Shown: positions 29,895-39,541 of the stretch, piece after piece | Layout: every line of letters starts with the position of its first letter | Numbering within the stretch: position 1 is the first letter of the stretch | DNA from: a candidate division WWE3 bacterium | Lineage (GTDB): Bacteria; Patescibacteriota; WWE3; UBA101185; UBA10185 | Assembly: GCA_014729135.1 (NCBI GenBank) | Contig: WJKK01000001.1 | Coordinates: forward strand, 260,588 to 324,587 | Reading direction: 5' to 3' | Length of the DNA stretch: 64,000 nt | The notes under the pieces: model-generated | Database searches by the model: none | Told to the model about the DNA's origin: nothing | Seen by the model: the letters and a program-made list of their open reading frames with translations, nothing else | Translations under genes and position numbers: made by a program

Positions 29895-30842
29895 ATGGCA
29901 GCTTCTAATTCTTCTTCACCCGCTTCACCCTATCCTCTAGACCTTCGCCAATCAAAAGAGTGGGGTCAATATTTAGAGTTTTTGGGATGGCAGATTTTTA
30001 CTACTTCTAATGGTGTTCGTTATGCGGTTATGCAGGACCGCTTGGGAAACGTGGTTAAGGTACAGCGCCCTCGTGGAGTTACTCCGGTGGATTTGCAGGA
30101 AATTGAGGAAAAGGCGCAAGAACTGGGGTCCGCTTTAATAAAAGTAGAGCCCGATTTAAGTCAAGATTTAGAGGTTTTTAAAAAGGAGGGTTATGTAAAA
30201 AATATGTCTCCTTTATGCCCGCCATCAACGCTATTTATTGATTTACGCAAGTCTGAAAAGGAGCTTTATGCCGATTTGTCGGGGAGTTGTAAGTATTCTA
30301 TTCGGCGTGCTTATCGTGAAGGGGCGCAGGTTGAATTTTTTGTGAATCCTAAGGGGGAGATTTTGGAGAAGTTTTTTAAGATTCACAAGTCCACAGGCAA
30401 GCAAAAGAGTTTTTATACGCAGGGTTTTGATGATATTTCTAAGAAAGTGGAAGTTTTTGGTGACCAGGCGGTTTTGGGAGTGGTTTCATCCCCTTTGGAG
30501 GAAGGTGGCGATCCCGTTGCTACAGGTGCTAATTTGTATCTGGGTTTTGGTAAGGGTGTTTGGTATATGCATGGAGGCACTACGGAGGAGGGGCGTAATA
30601 CTCGCAATGGTTATGTGCTTTACTGGGAGTTAATTTTGCATTTGAAGAAGCTGGGTTATGAATGGCTCGATTTTGAAGGAGTCGATGATAAGCGTTTTCC
30701 TAGTTTTACACGCAATTGGGGTGGTTTGAGTCATTTTAAGGAGAAGTTTGGCGGTGGGCGTGTTGAGTTTCCCGCACCTCGTGTGAAGTATCTAAAGCCT
30801 ATTCTAAAAAAGCTCTCTAAGTTTATCGACCTTCCGGTTTAA
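29895..30842 (+). CDS. Second FemABX-family peptidyltransferase
   Basis: LRQSKEW, IDL, YMHGG, DFEG and FKEKFGG motifs. Confidence 0.9.
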   Translation: MAASNSSSPASPYPLDLRQSKEWGQYLEFLGWQIFTTSNGVRYAVMQDRLGNVVKVQRPRGVTPVDLQEIEEKAQELGSALIKVEPDLSQDLEVFKKEGYVKNMSPLCPPSTLFIDLRKSEKELYADLSGSCKYSIRRAYREGAQVEFFVNPKGEILEKFFKIHKSTGKQKSFYTQGFDDISKKVEVFGDQAVLGVVSSPLEEGGDPVATGANLYLGFGKGVWYMHGGTTEEGRNTRNGYVLYWELILHLKKLGYEWLDFEGVDDKRFPSFTRNWGGLSHFKEKFGGGRVEFPAPRVKYLKPILKKLSKFIDLPV

Positions 30843-30850
30843 GTTGGTCT

Positions 30851-33763
30851 TTAGCCCTTCCAAACTTTGGGGCAGATGTCCTTGTAATCACACCACCTGC
30901 AATGATAACCCGGGTCAGCTTCAAACCCGCCTTCTTTAATATTTGCAATAATCTCCTTTGTTTCCTCCCTCACACTCTCAATATCCTCCTCCGTACGTGT
31001 CGTACTAACCCTTTCTCCTGCCTCCACAAAATGCAGTGTCATCTTTTGCGGATCAAGTCCCAATGCCTCCTTAGCCCCTAAAGCATAAAAAGTCACCTGC
31101 TTGTCCTTATCAACATCCTTTTGGCTTTTTAACTTGCCTGTCTTATAGTCAATAATTTCAACACCCTGCGAATTCCCTGACTCTTCGGAACCCAACCGAT
31201 CAATCCGGTCAATACGTCCATAAAACCTAATCCCATCAATCTTAATATTAAACGACTTCTCCAACCCCAAAGGTTTCTGCCCCTTATCAACCTCCTCATA
31301 ATAATTTTGCAACAAATTCTCTCCCGCTTTAAAACGCTCCCGACGATGTTCTTCATTTAAATAACCCAAAGGCTCCCAATTTTTCTCATAAATTTCCATC
31401 AAATCCTCCAAAGAAACCTCCTCAAACAAAAGCTTCTCATGAAACTCCTTTAACGTCTCATGAATTGTAATTCCAAAACTTAACGCATGACTTGGCAGCG
31501 TTGGAACATGCAAAATATATTTGTACTTATACTGAAGGGGACAAGTTTCATACGTTGAAATTTGCGTATAACTTAAAAAGCTTGGTGTAAAATTTGAAAT
31601 CTTTTTTAGCGCCGGCTCCCGATAAGAAGAATTAACGCCAAACAAACTTTCCTGCTTCTCCTTTTGATCCCGCTCCATAACCACCTCCTGCGTTTCCAGA
31701 CCCGCCTCCTCCAAAAACCCACTAGGACGCTTTTCACGAGTACCTCCATAATCCTTTGCATACGCCATATACAGATACTTTTTCGCCCGCGTCATTCCCA
31801 CATAAAACAAACGACGCTCCTCTTGAATATGCGCATTGCCTTCAGGAAGCGTCTCCTTAATTAGGTCATCGGGAATTTCAATTTTATCGCTTCTATTTCG
31901 CGTAGGAAAACGGCTTGCCACCAAATTCACCATAAAAATCACCGGAAACTCCAGCCCCTTGGAAGCATGCACCGTCAGCAAATTAATCGTGTCAATATCC
32001 TCAATTTCAGCCTGCGCCGGATTATCTCCCGCCTCAATAAGCATCTCCATATGCTCCACAAAATCCACTAACGTAGGAATCTCTCCCGTATCCCGATTAA
32101 ACTGCACTTCAAACTTTTTCACCTTGTCCAAAAACAGGTCCATGTTTTTAATGCATAGCTGATTTTGGATAGTATCTTCCTCCAGAAACTGCTCCACATA
32201 GCCAATTTCACTTACAAGATTGTAAATCAGTTCCACCGGAGTCTTTTTTGCAATTTCCTGCCGATATTTATTGGTTAGCTCTTTAAAATTTTGTAGCCCT
32301 GCATTCTTGGAAGCTTTCACCGCCTCCCATAGGTCAATTTTTTTAAACTTGGCTGTTGAAAGCGTTTTAGCAACTGTCTCCTTATTAATGCCTGTTCCAT
32401 CAACCCCCAAAGTCTCAATATTTAGAGCTCGATATAGGCTTATAGCATCGTTAGGGTCTATCAAAGTTTTAACTAAAGCCATAATATCGCGGACTTCATT
32501 ACGATCATAAAGACCTCGATTTCCCACCAGCTGGTAAGGCAGTTTATATTTTCGTAGCGCTAAAACAAAAGGATCCAAATGGTTATTGGCACGCGCTAAA
32601 ATTGCAAAGTCTTTATAGGTGTATTGCGGCTCTTTTCCTAAAATCTCAATAATTTTTGTAATCACAAAATCCACTTCATCTTCTGCTGTCTCCACCTCAA
32701 TAACTTGCGGTTTTTGGTTGGTTTGTTTAATTTGGCTAACAAGCTCTTTTGAAATTCCCAGCTTGGTTTCCAGCGTATCGGGATTATTGTTTTGCACAAC
32801 TTTGTAAGCTGCATCCAAAATGTCCTGTTCTGATCGGTAGTTTTTTAGAAGCGTTACCATTTCCGCATTTGGGTAATCGTCTTTAAATTGGAGAATGTTG
32901 GAGATTGCTGCTCCCCGAAATTTGTAGATTGATTGGGAGTCGTCTCCCACTACGGTTAGGGATCTTTCTGTGGTGTTTTTGTTTGCTTTTTCGGTAGGGA
33001 ACAGAAGTTTAATAAGTTCATATTGCGCATAGTTAGTGTCTTGAAACTCGTCTACTAAAATGTGCTTAAATTTTTTACGATAGTTTTCCAAGATGTTTGG
33101 GCGTTCTTTAAAAAGTTTTATAGTCCAGGTGATTAAATCGCCAAAATCCATTTTTGATTCTTGAATTTTAATTTCCTGGTAAGTTTTGTAAATTTTTACC
33201 AGCTCTTGCCAGCGCTCTTTTTCTTCTTTTTCGGGGAATTCCTTTGTTTCCACATAGTTTTTTAACTCTTCCGGTGAGATGTTTTCATCTTGAAGGCGTG
33301 AAATAAACTTTAAAATTGCGGATATAAACTTAGTCGGATTGCCTAAGGGAAGGTAATATTTCAGGTTCATGGAGAAGATGTTTTTCCTAAGGAGCATCCA
33401 TTGTTCAGGGTAGGCGATGATTTTATAGGAGGGATCTAGGCCAATTTCCAGTGCTTCTTTTTTTAGGAGGCGATCACAAAAGGAGTGAAATGTGTAGATC
33501 CAGGGTTCTTCGTAGGCTAGGGGCATTGATTCTTGGGAGCGAAAGAGCATTTCTTCGGAGGCTTTTTCTGTGAATGTTAAAGCAAGGATTTGCATGGGGT
33601 CGATTTTGTCATGGTTTATAAGGGAGTTGATTTTTTCGGAAATGACGCGGGTTTTTCCGGTTCCGGCGCCTGCTACTACAATGAGGGGTCCTTGTTTGTG
33701 ATCTACCGCTTTTTGCTGGTTTTTATTAAGTGTGATTTTTTGATCTGCTTGTGGTGTTGGCAT
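30851..33763 (-). CDS. UvrD/PcrA-like helicase fused to a PD-(D/E)xK nuclease with Fe-S cysteines (AdnAB/AddAB-like)
   Basis: AGAGTGKT, VDEFQD, GDDSQSIYKFRGA, HASKGLEF, YVGMTRA, GRIDRID, IIDYKTG and C..C....C motifs. Confidence 0.93.
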   Translation of the reverse strand: MPTPQADQKITLNKNQQKAVDHKQGPLIVVAGAGTGKTRVISEKINSLINHDKIDPMQILALTFTEKASEEMLFRSQESMPLAYEEPWIYTFHSFCDRLLKKEALEIGLDPSYKIIAYPEQWMLLRKNIFSMNLKYYLPLGNPTKFISAILKFISRLQDENISPEELKNYVETKEFPEKEEKERWQELVKIYKTYQEIKIQESKMDFGDLITWTIKLFKERPNILENYRKKFKHILVDEFQDTNYAQYELIKLLFPTEKANKNTTERSLTVVGDDSQSIYKFRGAAISNILQFKDDYPNAEMVTLLKNYRSEQDILDAAYKVVQNNNPDTLETKLGISKELVSQIKQTNQKPQVIEVETAEDEVDFVITKIIEILGKEPQYTYKDFAILARANNHLDPFVLALRKYKLPYQLVGNRGLYDRNEVRDIMALVKTLIDPNDAISLYRALNIETLGVDGTGINKETVAKTLSTAKFKKIDLWEAVKASKNAGLQNFKELTNKYRQEIAKKTPVELIYNLVSEIGYVEQFLEEDTIQNQLCIKNMDLFLDKVKKFEVQFNRDTGEIPTLVDFVEHMEMLIEAGDNPAQAEIEDIDTINLLTVHASKGLEFPVIFMVNLVASRFPTRNRSDKIEIPDDLIKETLPEGNAHIQEERRLFYVGMTRAKKYLYMAYAKDYGGTREKRPSGFLEEAGLETQEVVMERDQKEKQESLFGVNSSYREPALKKISNFTPSFLSYTQISTYETCPLQYKYKYILHVPTLPSHALSFGITIHETLKEFHEKLLFEEVSLEDLMEIYEKNWEPLGYLNEEHRRERFKAGENLLQNYYEEVDKGQKPLGLEKSFNIKIDGIRFYGRIDRIDRLGSEESGNSQGVEIIDYKTGKLKSQKDVDKDKQVTFYALGAKEALGLDPQKMTLHFVEAGERVSTTRTEEDIESVREETKEIIANIKEGGFEADPGYHCRWCDYKDICPKVWKG

Positions 33764-33884
33764 GGTTTTGTTTGTGTTGTCCTATTATACATTTGAGTTG
33801 AAGGGAAGTTATTTTAGTTGCGGTTTCCTTTGCTATGGGGTATTATTTATGCAGCTAAAGAATCTATTTAGAGGGGGTGAGGAA

Positions 33885-33977
33885 ATGGATCCGCTGGGCT
33901 GGTGTGTGGTTGGGTTTGTCTTTGTGATTGTAGGAGTTGTGGGCTATGCCCGCACCGTTCTGGGCTCCTCGAGTTAG
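33885..33977 (+). CDS. 30-aa hydrophobic peptide
   Basis: GGGGGTGA SD; MDPLGWCVVGFVFVIVGVVGYARTVLGSSS. Confidence 0.5.
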   Translation: MDPLGWCVVGFVFVIVGVVGYARTVLGSSS

Positions 33978-33987
33978 GAGGTGGGTG

Positions 33988-34104
33988 ATGGGGATCGGTA
34001 TTGGCATCGGCGTTGGCATTTTGGTGCTCGGTTTCGCGATTCTTGTGGTGACCCGTGGTCGCGAAGCGAGCGAGGAGACCGCCGAAATGTTTCGGAATCG
34101 GTGA
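33988..34104 (+). CDS. 38-aa single-TM peptide
   Basis: AGGAGGTG SD; MGIGIGIGVGILVLGFAILVVTRGREASEETAEMFRNR (below the ORF-track cutoff). Confidence 0.55.
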   Translation: MGIGIGIGVGILVLGFAILVVTRGREASEETAEMFRNR

Positions 34105-34219
34105 TCTTCTCGTTTTGGCAAGGAGTCGGTTGGAAATGAAAGGGGAGGAGGTTTTCCTCAATCATTTCCAGCCGGCTTGCAGTAAGCGCTTCGGAGCTTT
34201 TTCATGCTAAACTTTCCCC

Positions 34220-35989
34220 ATGACAGAACCAAAAACATTCCCTGGTAAACCCAAAACCACCTGGAACTTAGACCTCATAGGCAACACAACCCTCCAAAAA
34301 GTTCAAAAAGAAGCCAAGAAATTCATCGAAAAATGGAAAAAGCGCAAAGATTACCTCCAAAAACCCTCCATATTAAAAGAAGCTCTGGATGACTACAACC
34401 AATGGGAGGAAAAATACTCCATGGGAGGCGATGAAGCCTACAAACTGATACTAAAACTCACACTTGATCAAAACAACGCAAAATTAAAAGCTCAATACAA
34501 CAAACTTCATGAAAAATACATTGAACTCTACAACTCACTCCAGTTTTTTATGCTAAACATCTCAAAAATTCCGCCAAAGGAACAGCCAAAATTCCTAAAA
34601 GCACCGGAGCTTGCAAAATACCGTTACTTTTTAAAAGGTCAGTTTGAAATAGCTAAATACCTGCTTACCGAAAAGGAAGAGCGAATTCTAAACTTAAAAT
34701 CAAAAGTAGCCTTTGGCAATTGGGTGGACATGACAGAAAATCTTATTTCAAAAGAAACTCGTGACGGCAAAAGTTTCTCCGAAATCCTATCTGAAACAAG
34801 CGACCCTAATAAATCCAAGCGGGATAAAGCAGCAAAATGGCTAAATGAAATCTTTGAAAATCACATTGATCCGGGGGAGCATGAGTTAAATTCGGTTTTA
34901 GAAAACGCCAAAATTAATCAAAAGTTGCGCGGTTATAAGCGCCCTGATGAGCCTCGGCACGTTGGCGATGACATAGAAACCGAAGTAGTAGATGCTTTGC
35001 TTACGGCGGTAACTTCTCGTTATGACATTTCGCAAAAGTTTTATGAGTTAAAGGCTAAGCTTTTGGGCTTTGAGCAGCTGGAATATCACGAGCGCAATGT
35101 GCCTTATGGCAAGGCCGAGAAGGAGTATGAGTTTGAAGATGCTTTGGCACTTGTAAATGAGACTTTTTATGATTTGGATCCCGAGTTTGCCCAGTATTTT
35201 CATAACTATTTTAAGCAAGGTCAATTTGATGCCTTCCCCAAAAAAGGAAAAAGTTCAGGTGCAGCTTGCTTTTCCGGTTTAAAAACCCAGCCGATTTATA
35301 TCTATTTAAACTTCACAAAAAAGCTTAGAAACGTTACTACAATAGCGCATGAGATGGGACATGCAATTCATAGCGAGTTGGTTTTTAAGTCGCAGCCGGC
35401 TATTTATGCAGGCACTTCTTTGGCAACGGCAGAAACGGCTAGCACTTTAATGGAGGATTTTGTTGTTCAACGGATTCTGCATGACGCCGATGATGAGTTG
35501 AAGCTGGCACTCCAAATGGAGCAGCTTAATGATTCGGTTTCTACAATTCAGCGTCAAATTGCTTGTTATAAGTTTGAGCAAGAGCTTCATGAGAGTTTTC
35601 GCAGGGAGGGCTATCTTTCCAAGGAGCAAATTGGGGAGCTTTTTCAAAAGCACATGGCTGCTTATATGGGGGATTTTGTGGAGCAGTCAAAGGGTTCGCA
35701 AAATTGGTGGCTTTATTGGAGTCATATTCGCCGTCACTTTTATGTTTATTCTTATGCCAGCGGGCTTTTAATTTCTAAGTCGCTGCAAAAGCGTGTTAAG
35801 GAGACTCCGGAGTTTATAAAGGAGGTTAAGGAGGTTTTAGCTTTAGGTACTTCAAAATCCCCTAAGGATGCGTTTTTGGAGATAGACATTGACATTTCTA
35901 ATCCTGATTTTTGGTTGCAGGGTTTAAAGGAGCAGTCGCAGCTTTTAGATGACACTTGGACATTAGCGGAAAAACTTGGCAAAATATAG
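34220..35989 (+). CDS. pepF: Oligoendopeptidase F (M3B)
   Basis: WNL, GK.SGA, TIAHEMGH, AETAS and HFYVYSYA motifs. Confidence 0.92.
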   Translation: MTEPKTFPGKPKTTWNLDLIGNTTLQKVQKEAKKFIEKWKKRKDYLQKPSILKEALDDYNQWEEKYSMGGDEAYKLILKLTLDQNNAKLKAQYNKLHEKYIELYNSLQFFMLNISKIPPKEQPKFLKAPELAKYRYFLKGQFEIAKYLLTEKEERILNLKSKVAFGNWVDMTENLISKETRDGKSFSEILSETSDPNKSKRDKAAKWLNEIFENHIDPGEHELNSVLENAKINQKLRGYKRPDEPRHVGDDIETEVVDALLTAVTSRYDISQKFYELKAKLLGFEQLEYHERNVPYGKAEKEYEFEDALALVNETFYDLDPEFAQYFHNYFKQGQFDAFPKKGKSSGAACFSGLKTQPIYIYLNFTKKLRNVTTIAHEMGHAIHSELVFKSQPAIYAGTSLATAETASTLMEDFVVQRILHDADDELKLALQMEQLNDSVSTIQRQIACYKFEQELHESFRREGYLSKEQIGELFQKHMAAYMGDFVEQSKGSQNWWLYWSHIRRHFYVYSYASGLLISKSLQKRVKETPEFIKEVKEVLALGTSKSPKDAFLEIDIDISNPDFWLQGLKEQSQLLDDTWTLAEKLGKI

Positions 35990-35991
35990 GT

Positions 35992-37290
35992 ATGGTGGAT
36001 AAAACAGCTAATTTGGAGGTGGGCCAACCCGACAATTCAGGCCAGGTTCAACCGACAGGAGACTTGGAAAATTCCTCGAACAAAATTGAAAATTCCGGTG
36101 AGGGCAATCAAAAAGCTTCTCCGAAGGGCAATCAAAAACAAAAAAAGCGTTTTCACATGTCATTTCTATTAAAACTTCTGCTACTTGGAGCAGCCGCTTT
36201 TCTAGCAGTTTTTGCTTACCTTGTGATAACTCAAAACCCTGCTGTGATGCGAGACGAGCTAGAACCTGAAGAGCCTCAAGTTATAACAAAGCCCGAGCTG
36301 GAAAATCCTATAAAGACGTACACAAGTGAAAAGTTTAAATTTTCGATTCAATATAATACTGACATTCATGAATTTGAGCGTCGTGCTGCTTTTTCAACAC
36401 AGCCTCCGCAGTTTGTTATTACGCATCAAGGAGCTAATCAGGCTGATTTAGACACGGAAAAGGACTTAACGGATGGTTACATTGTTAAAATTTCAGCTTA
36501 TGAAAATCCGGGAATTGATGCGCTTGTTTCGGCTCAAAGGAAGCGGGAAAAGTTTACGCTGGAGTGTCCGGAAATTACGGAGGTTCGGGAAATTTATTCT
36601 CGCAATATTGATGGCGCTGAAGCAAAAAGTTTTGAAGTTATTAATTGTCCGCAAAATTACGTAGAGAATTTTATTGGTTTTGGTGACGATGTTTTGGAGA
36701 TTACGCAGATTTATCGCGGGGATATTGGTTTTAAGCAAAGTTACAGAGCCCAAACGGATGAAATTGTTCGAAATTTTAAGTTGCTGCGGGATCCTGAGGA
36801 GGCTCCGGAAATAGCTTCGTTTGAAAGCCTTGAATATCAGCTTAGCTTTATCCATCCCGTTTTAAATGCTAAGTGTTGTTCGGTTACGGCTCCTTCTATT
36901 GAAGGGCTGGAGAAGGTGGTGGTTTTGGCGGATGCCTCCGAAACGGATGAGGAGGGTAATGTTTTAAACAAACTGGGGATTTTTGCATATCCGTCTAAAG
37001 GTAAGTCGTTTGATTTGTTTTTAAATGAGCAAAAGCAAGCGCTAATTCAGGAGTTTAAGATTGTTGAGGAGGAGAATCCTACAAATTTGCGTGAGGAGGT
37101 AGTTTCTGTAGGTGGTCGTGACGCTTATAAGTTGGTGAATTATGCTTGGTGGGGGGATATTGTGTTTTTGGAGCATCCTAATGCGAATTATTTTTTGGTG
37201 TTTGTTATTCCTGAAGATGCAACAGAGGATTTTTCGGCTGTAGTTGGGGAGATTTTCGCCTCCTTTGGATTTGTGGTTGAAGAGGAGTAG
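35992..37290 (+). CDS. Membrane-anchored protein with two PsbP-like extracellular repeats
   Basis: TM helix near the N-terminus; Y.SEKFKFSIQY and FESLEYQLSFIHP repeats each ending in ..I...F.(L/F). Confidence 0.6.
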   Translation: MVDKTANLEVGQPDNSGQVQPTGDLENSSNKIENSGEGNQKASPKGNQKQKKRFHMSFLLKLLLLGAAAFLAVFAYLVITQNPAVMRDELEPEEPQVITKPELENPIKTYTSEKFKFSIQYNTDIHEFERRAAFSTQPPQFVITHQGANQADLDTEKDLTDGYIVKISAYENPGIDALVSAQRKREKFTLECPEITEVREIYSRNIDGAEAKSFEVINCPQNYVENFIGFGDDVLEITQIYRGDIGFKQSYRAQTDEIVRNFKLLRDPEEAPEIASFESLEYQLSFIHPVLNAKCCSVTAPSIEGLEKVVVLADASETDEEGNVLNKLGIFAYPSKGKSFDLFLNEQKQALIQEFKIVEEENPTNLREEVVSVGGRDAYKLVNYAWWGDIVFLEHPNANYFLVFVIPEDATEDFSAVVGEIFASFGFVVEEE

Positions 37291-37324
37291 AGAGCTGCAA
37301 GTCTTGGGCTTGTGTGCGAAGTTT

Positions 37325-37400
37325 TGGTGACCCCACGGGGAATTGAACCCCGGTTTTCGGGATGAGAACCCGATGTCCTAGTCCACTAGACGATGGGGCC
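37325..37400 (-). tRNA. tRNA-Glu(CTC)
   Basis: Reverse complement GGCCCCA...TCGGG-TTCTCAT-CCCGA...GGTTCAATTCC...TGGGGTC-A-CCA. Confidence 0.96.
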
Positions 37401-37517
37401 TAAGGAAAACCGCAAAGCTTCGTCATTCTAACAAAAAAATCCTTGGTAGTTAAGCTTTAAATAGATTATCTTTTTGACGACTTCCGTGAATTAAAAAAGT
37501 AACCCTGTTCGAATAAC

Positions 37518-37934
37518 CTAAAACTTCACCAACTCCATCTCCTCAAACACCTCAAAATCCTTAACATTATTCGTTGCAATCTTATAAATAGAATTTGACA
37601 AGGCTGTTGCCACTAAATAGGCATCATATATCTTATTTGAAGTTACTTTGTACTTTTTAAGCAACCTAAAGAAATGTTCCCTTGTGTATATGTTAGGAGA
37701 AATATGTATGCATAAATCACTTACTCTTTTTACCGCTTCCATTGCATCCTTTAAAGAAGCCGTCTTTTTGTACTTTTCATGTGTAAGGACTCTAATTGCT
37801 TCGTTTATGTTTTGATCTGCTAAGGCAAGCTGGGGAAGATGAAGGTTTATGAATTCCCTTGCTTGCTGATTTAAGAGATCATTTTCATTTATAGAGAAGA
37901 TCAGAATATTTGTGTCCAGGAGGATTTCAGGCAT
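37518..37934 (-). CDS. PIN-domain (VapC-like) toxin
   Basis: LLDTNILI, E, YDAYLVATA and T.N.KDF motifs. Confidence 0.9.
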   Translation of the reverse strand: MPEILLDTNILIFSINENDLLNQQAREFINLHLPQLALADQNINEAIRVLTHEKYKKTASLKDAMEAVKRVSDLCIHISPNIYTREHFFRLLKKYKVTSNKIYDAYLVATALSNSIYKIATNNVKDFEVFEEMELVKF

Positions 37935-38591
37935 TTAGCTTTGGTAATAGTCCTCTCGTGTTAAATCGTGAGGAATATCCAGATCTAAGGTCATAAAGTT
38001 CACTTTTTTCTTACTGGGGATTTTCTTTCGTAACTCGTTTTTTTTCTGAGCTCTGAAAATATTTTTTCTGTAGTATTCCAGTTCCGCAATGGATTCTTTG
38101 ATATCTTCTAAGGCTCTGTGGTTCTTTTTCTTTTCGAACTTCGGAATTTCCGGGAACCATCTCTGAGCTAGAAGCTTAGTTGTAGTTATATCTATCAATC
38201 TGTAATGTAAGTAACTATCAAGTTTTTTCATATAGTTTTTTAAGAACATCCTATCCATATATATTGAGTTTCCACATAAAGGAGATTCACCTTCTGCAAC
38301 ATGTTTTTTAATAAATTCCAAAATTTCTTTTTCAGCGCTTTCCTCTGTATATGAAGATTCTTTCATTTTTTCGATGAATCCTGAGTCAAAAAAAGTTTCC
38401 TTCATAAAGGGATTTGTTACATCAAATAGGCTTTCCTCTTGTTTTATGATTATTTCTGGGCCTTCTGCAATAACTTCAAGATTTTCATTTGTTATGAGGC
38501 ACGCTATTTCTGTGATTCGATCTGTAAATGGATCCAGTCCTGTCATTTCAAGATCCATCCAAACCAGATTACTTGCCTTTCTGTGAGTCAT
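37935..38591 (-). CDS. orn: Oligoribonuclease with an extra C-terminal tail
   Basis: LVWMDLEMTGLD, LCGNS, HYRLID and HRALEDIKESIAEL.YY motifs. Confidence 0.93.
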   Translation of the reverse strand: MTHRKASNLVWMDLEMTGLDPFTDRITEIACLITNENLEVIAEGPEIIIKQEESLFDVTNPFMKETFFDSGFIEKMKESSYTEESAEKEILEFIKKHVAEGESPLCGNSIYMDRMFLKNYMKKLDSYLHYRLIDITTTKLLAQRWFPEIPKFEKKKNHRALEDIKESIAELEYYRKNIFRAQKKNELRKKIPSKKKVNFMTLDLDIPHDLTREDYYQS

Positions 38592-38630
38592 ATCGGAATT
38601 TTATCATAAAGTGCATGCTATAATCCCCCT

Positions 38631-39476
38631 ATGACAACAACAGAACTCAAACAAGATATTATCTCTGTTGAAACGCGGGCCTGGTTAGACAATCCTCAAA
38701 AGATCAAGACAGCTTTGGAAAATCAAGGAGCCAAGTTAATTTCCTCTTTCACAATAGAAGACGAATTTTATGCGGATTTAAGCAATCTTTCAGCAAAAAG
38801 TCACACATTTGACCAAAAACAAGAAGCTGCGCGAATCCGTAAGATCACAAACGCCAATGATTCCATGTTTGTAGCTTGTGTAAAGTCTGCCTTAGAAGAA
38901 ACTCCCGAGAATTTAAACCTGCATGACATGACGCAAATAACCTACTACGAAGAGGCTCCCGTGGAAAAGGCGCAAAAGGATCGTTTGGTTAAAAAGTTGG
39001 CGGAAAAAGGCTTTCCGACTCTGCTTAAAAAGATAACTAAAGAGCGAACGGCCTATACTTTGAATAATTTTACAGTCACAATTGACGAGATTAAAGGATT
39101 TAGTACGGCTATAGAAGTTAGAACTTCGCTTTCTAATCCGGCGGAAGCTCCGGAGGTTAAGATGACAGAGATTGAATTTTTAAAGGCTTTGGGTATTCCA
39201 CAGGAGGATATTATTGAGAAAAGTTACACTCACCTGATTTTAGATGCGCACATTAGGTCGAATCCGGATTTGAAGCTGCCACATTTGAAGGAGGAGTTGA
39301 AGCGCCTAAAGGAGAAGCGTAAGGAGCTTTTGTTGCGAAGTGAGGAGCATTACAGAGAAGGTGGCGATGGGTGGCACGATAATGCAAGCTGGGATATTCT
39401 AATGGAGCGTATTAAGGTGCTTGATGCTAAGATTTCTAATTTGAAAATGGAGATTTTTGAGTTGCGCCGGAAATAG
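38631..39476 (+). CDS. CYTH-like domain fused to a Gre-type coiled coil
   Basis: VETRA, DEFY, RIR, KER..Y, IDEIKG...IEV and SY form the CYTH pattern; C-terminal GDGWHDNASWD coiled-coil tip. Confidence 0.7.
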   Translation: MTTTELKQDIISVETRAWLDNPQKIKTALENQGAKLISSFTIEDEFYADLSNLSAKSHTFDQKQEAARIRKITNANDSMFVACVKSALEETPENLNLHDMTQITYYEEAPVEKAQKDRLVKKLAEKGFPTLLKKITKERTAYTLNNFTVTIDEIKGFSTAIEVRTSLSNPAEAPEVKMTEIEFLKALGIPQEDIIEKSYTHLILDAHIRSNPDLKLPHLKEELKRLKEKRKELLLRSEEHYREGGDGWHDNASWDILMERIKVLDAKISNLKMEIFELRRK

Positions 39477-39541
39477 CGGAAACTCCCTTGTTTTAAAACT
39501 CCTACTAAGAGTCTCAGAAATTTTGTTAAAATACCCTTACC

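Noticed and set aside
36099-36142. Short direct repeat AGGGCAATCAAAAA x2, also TAAGTTCTAAA x2 at the alaS start
   Set aside because: Local duplications in disordered N-termini; not CRISPR repeats or convincing target-site duplications.
37325-37400. tRNA-Glu as an integration site for a mobile element
   Set aside because: No duplicated tRNA 3' end or integrase was seen in the window.
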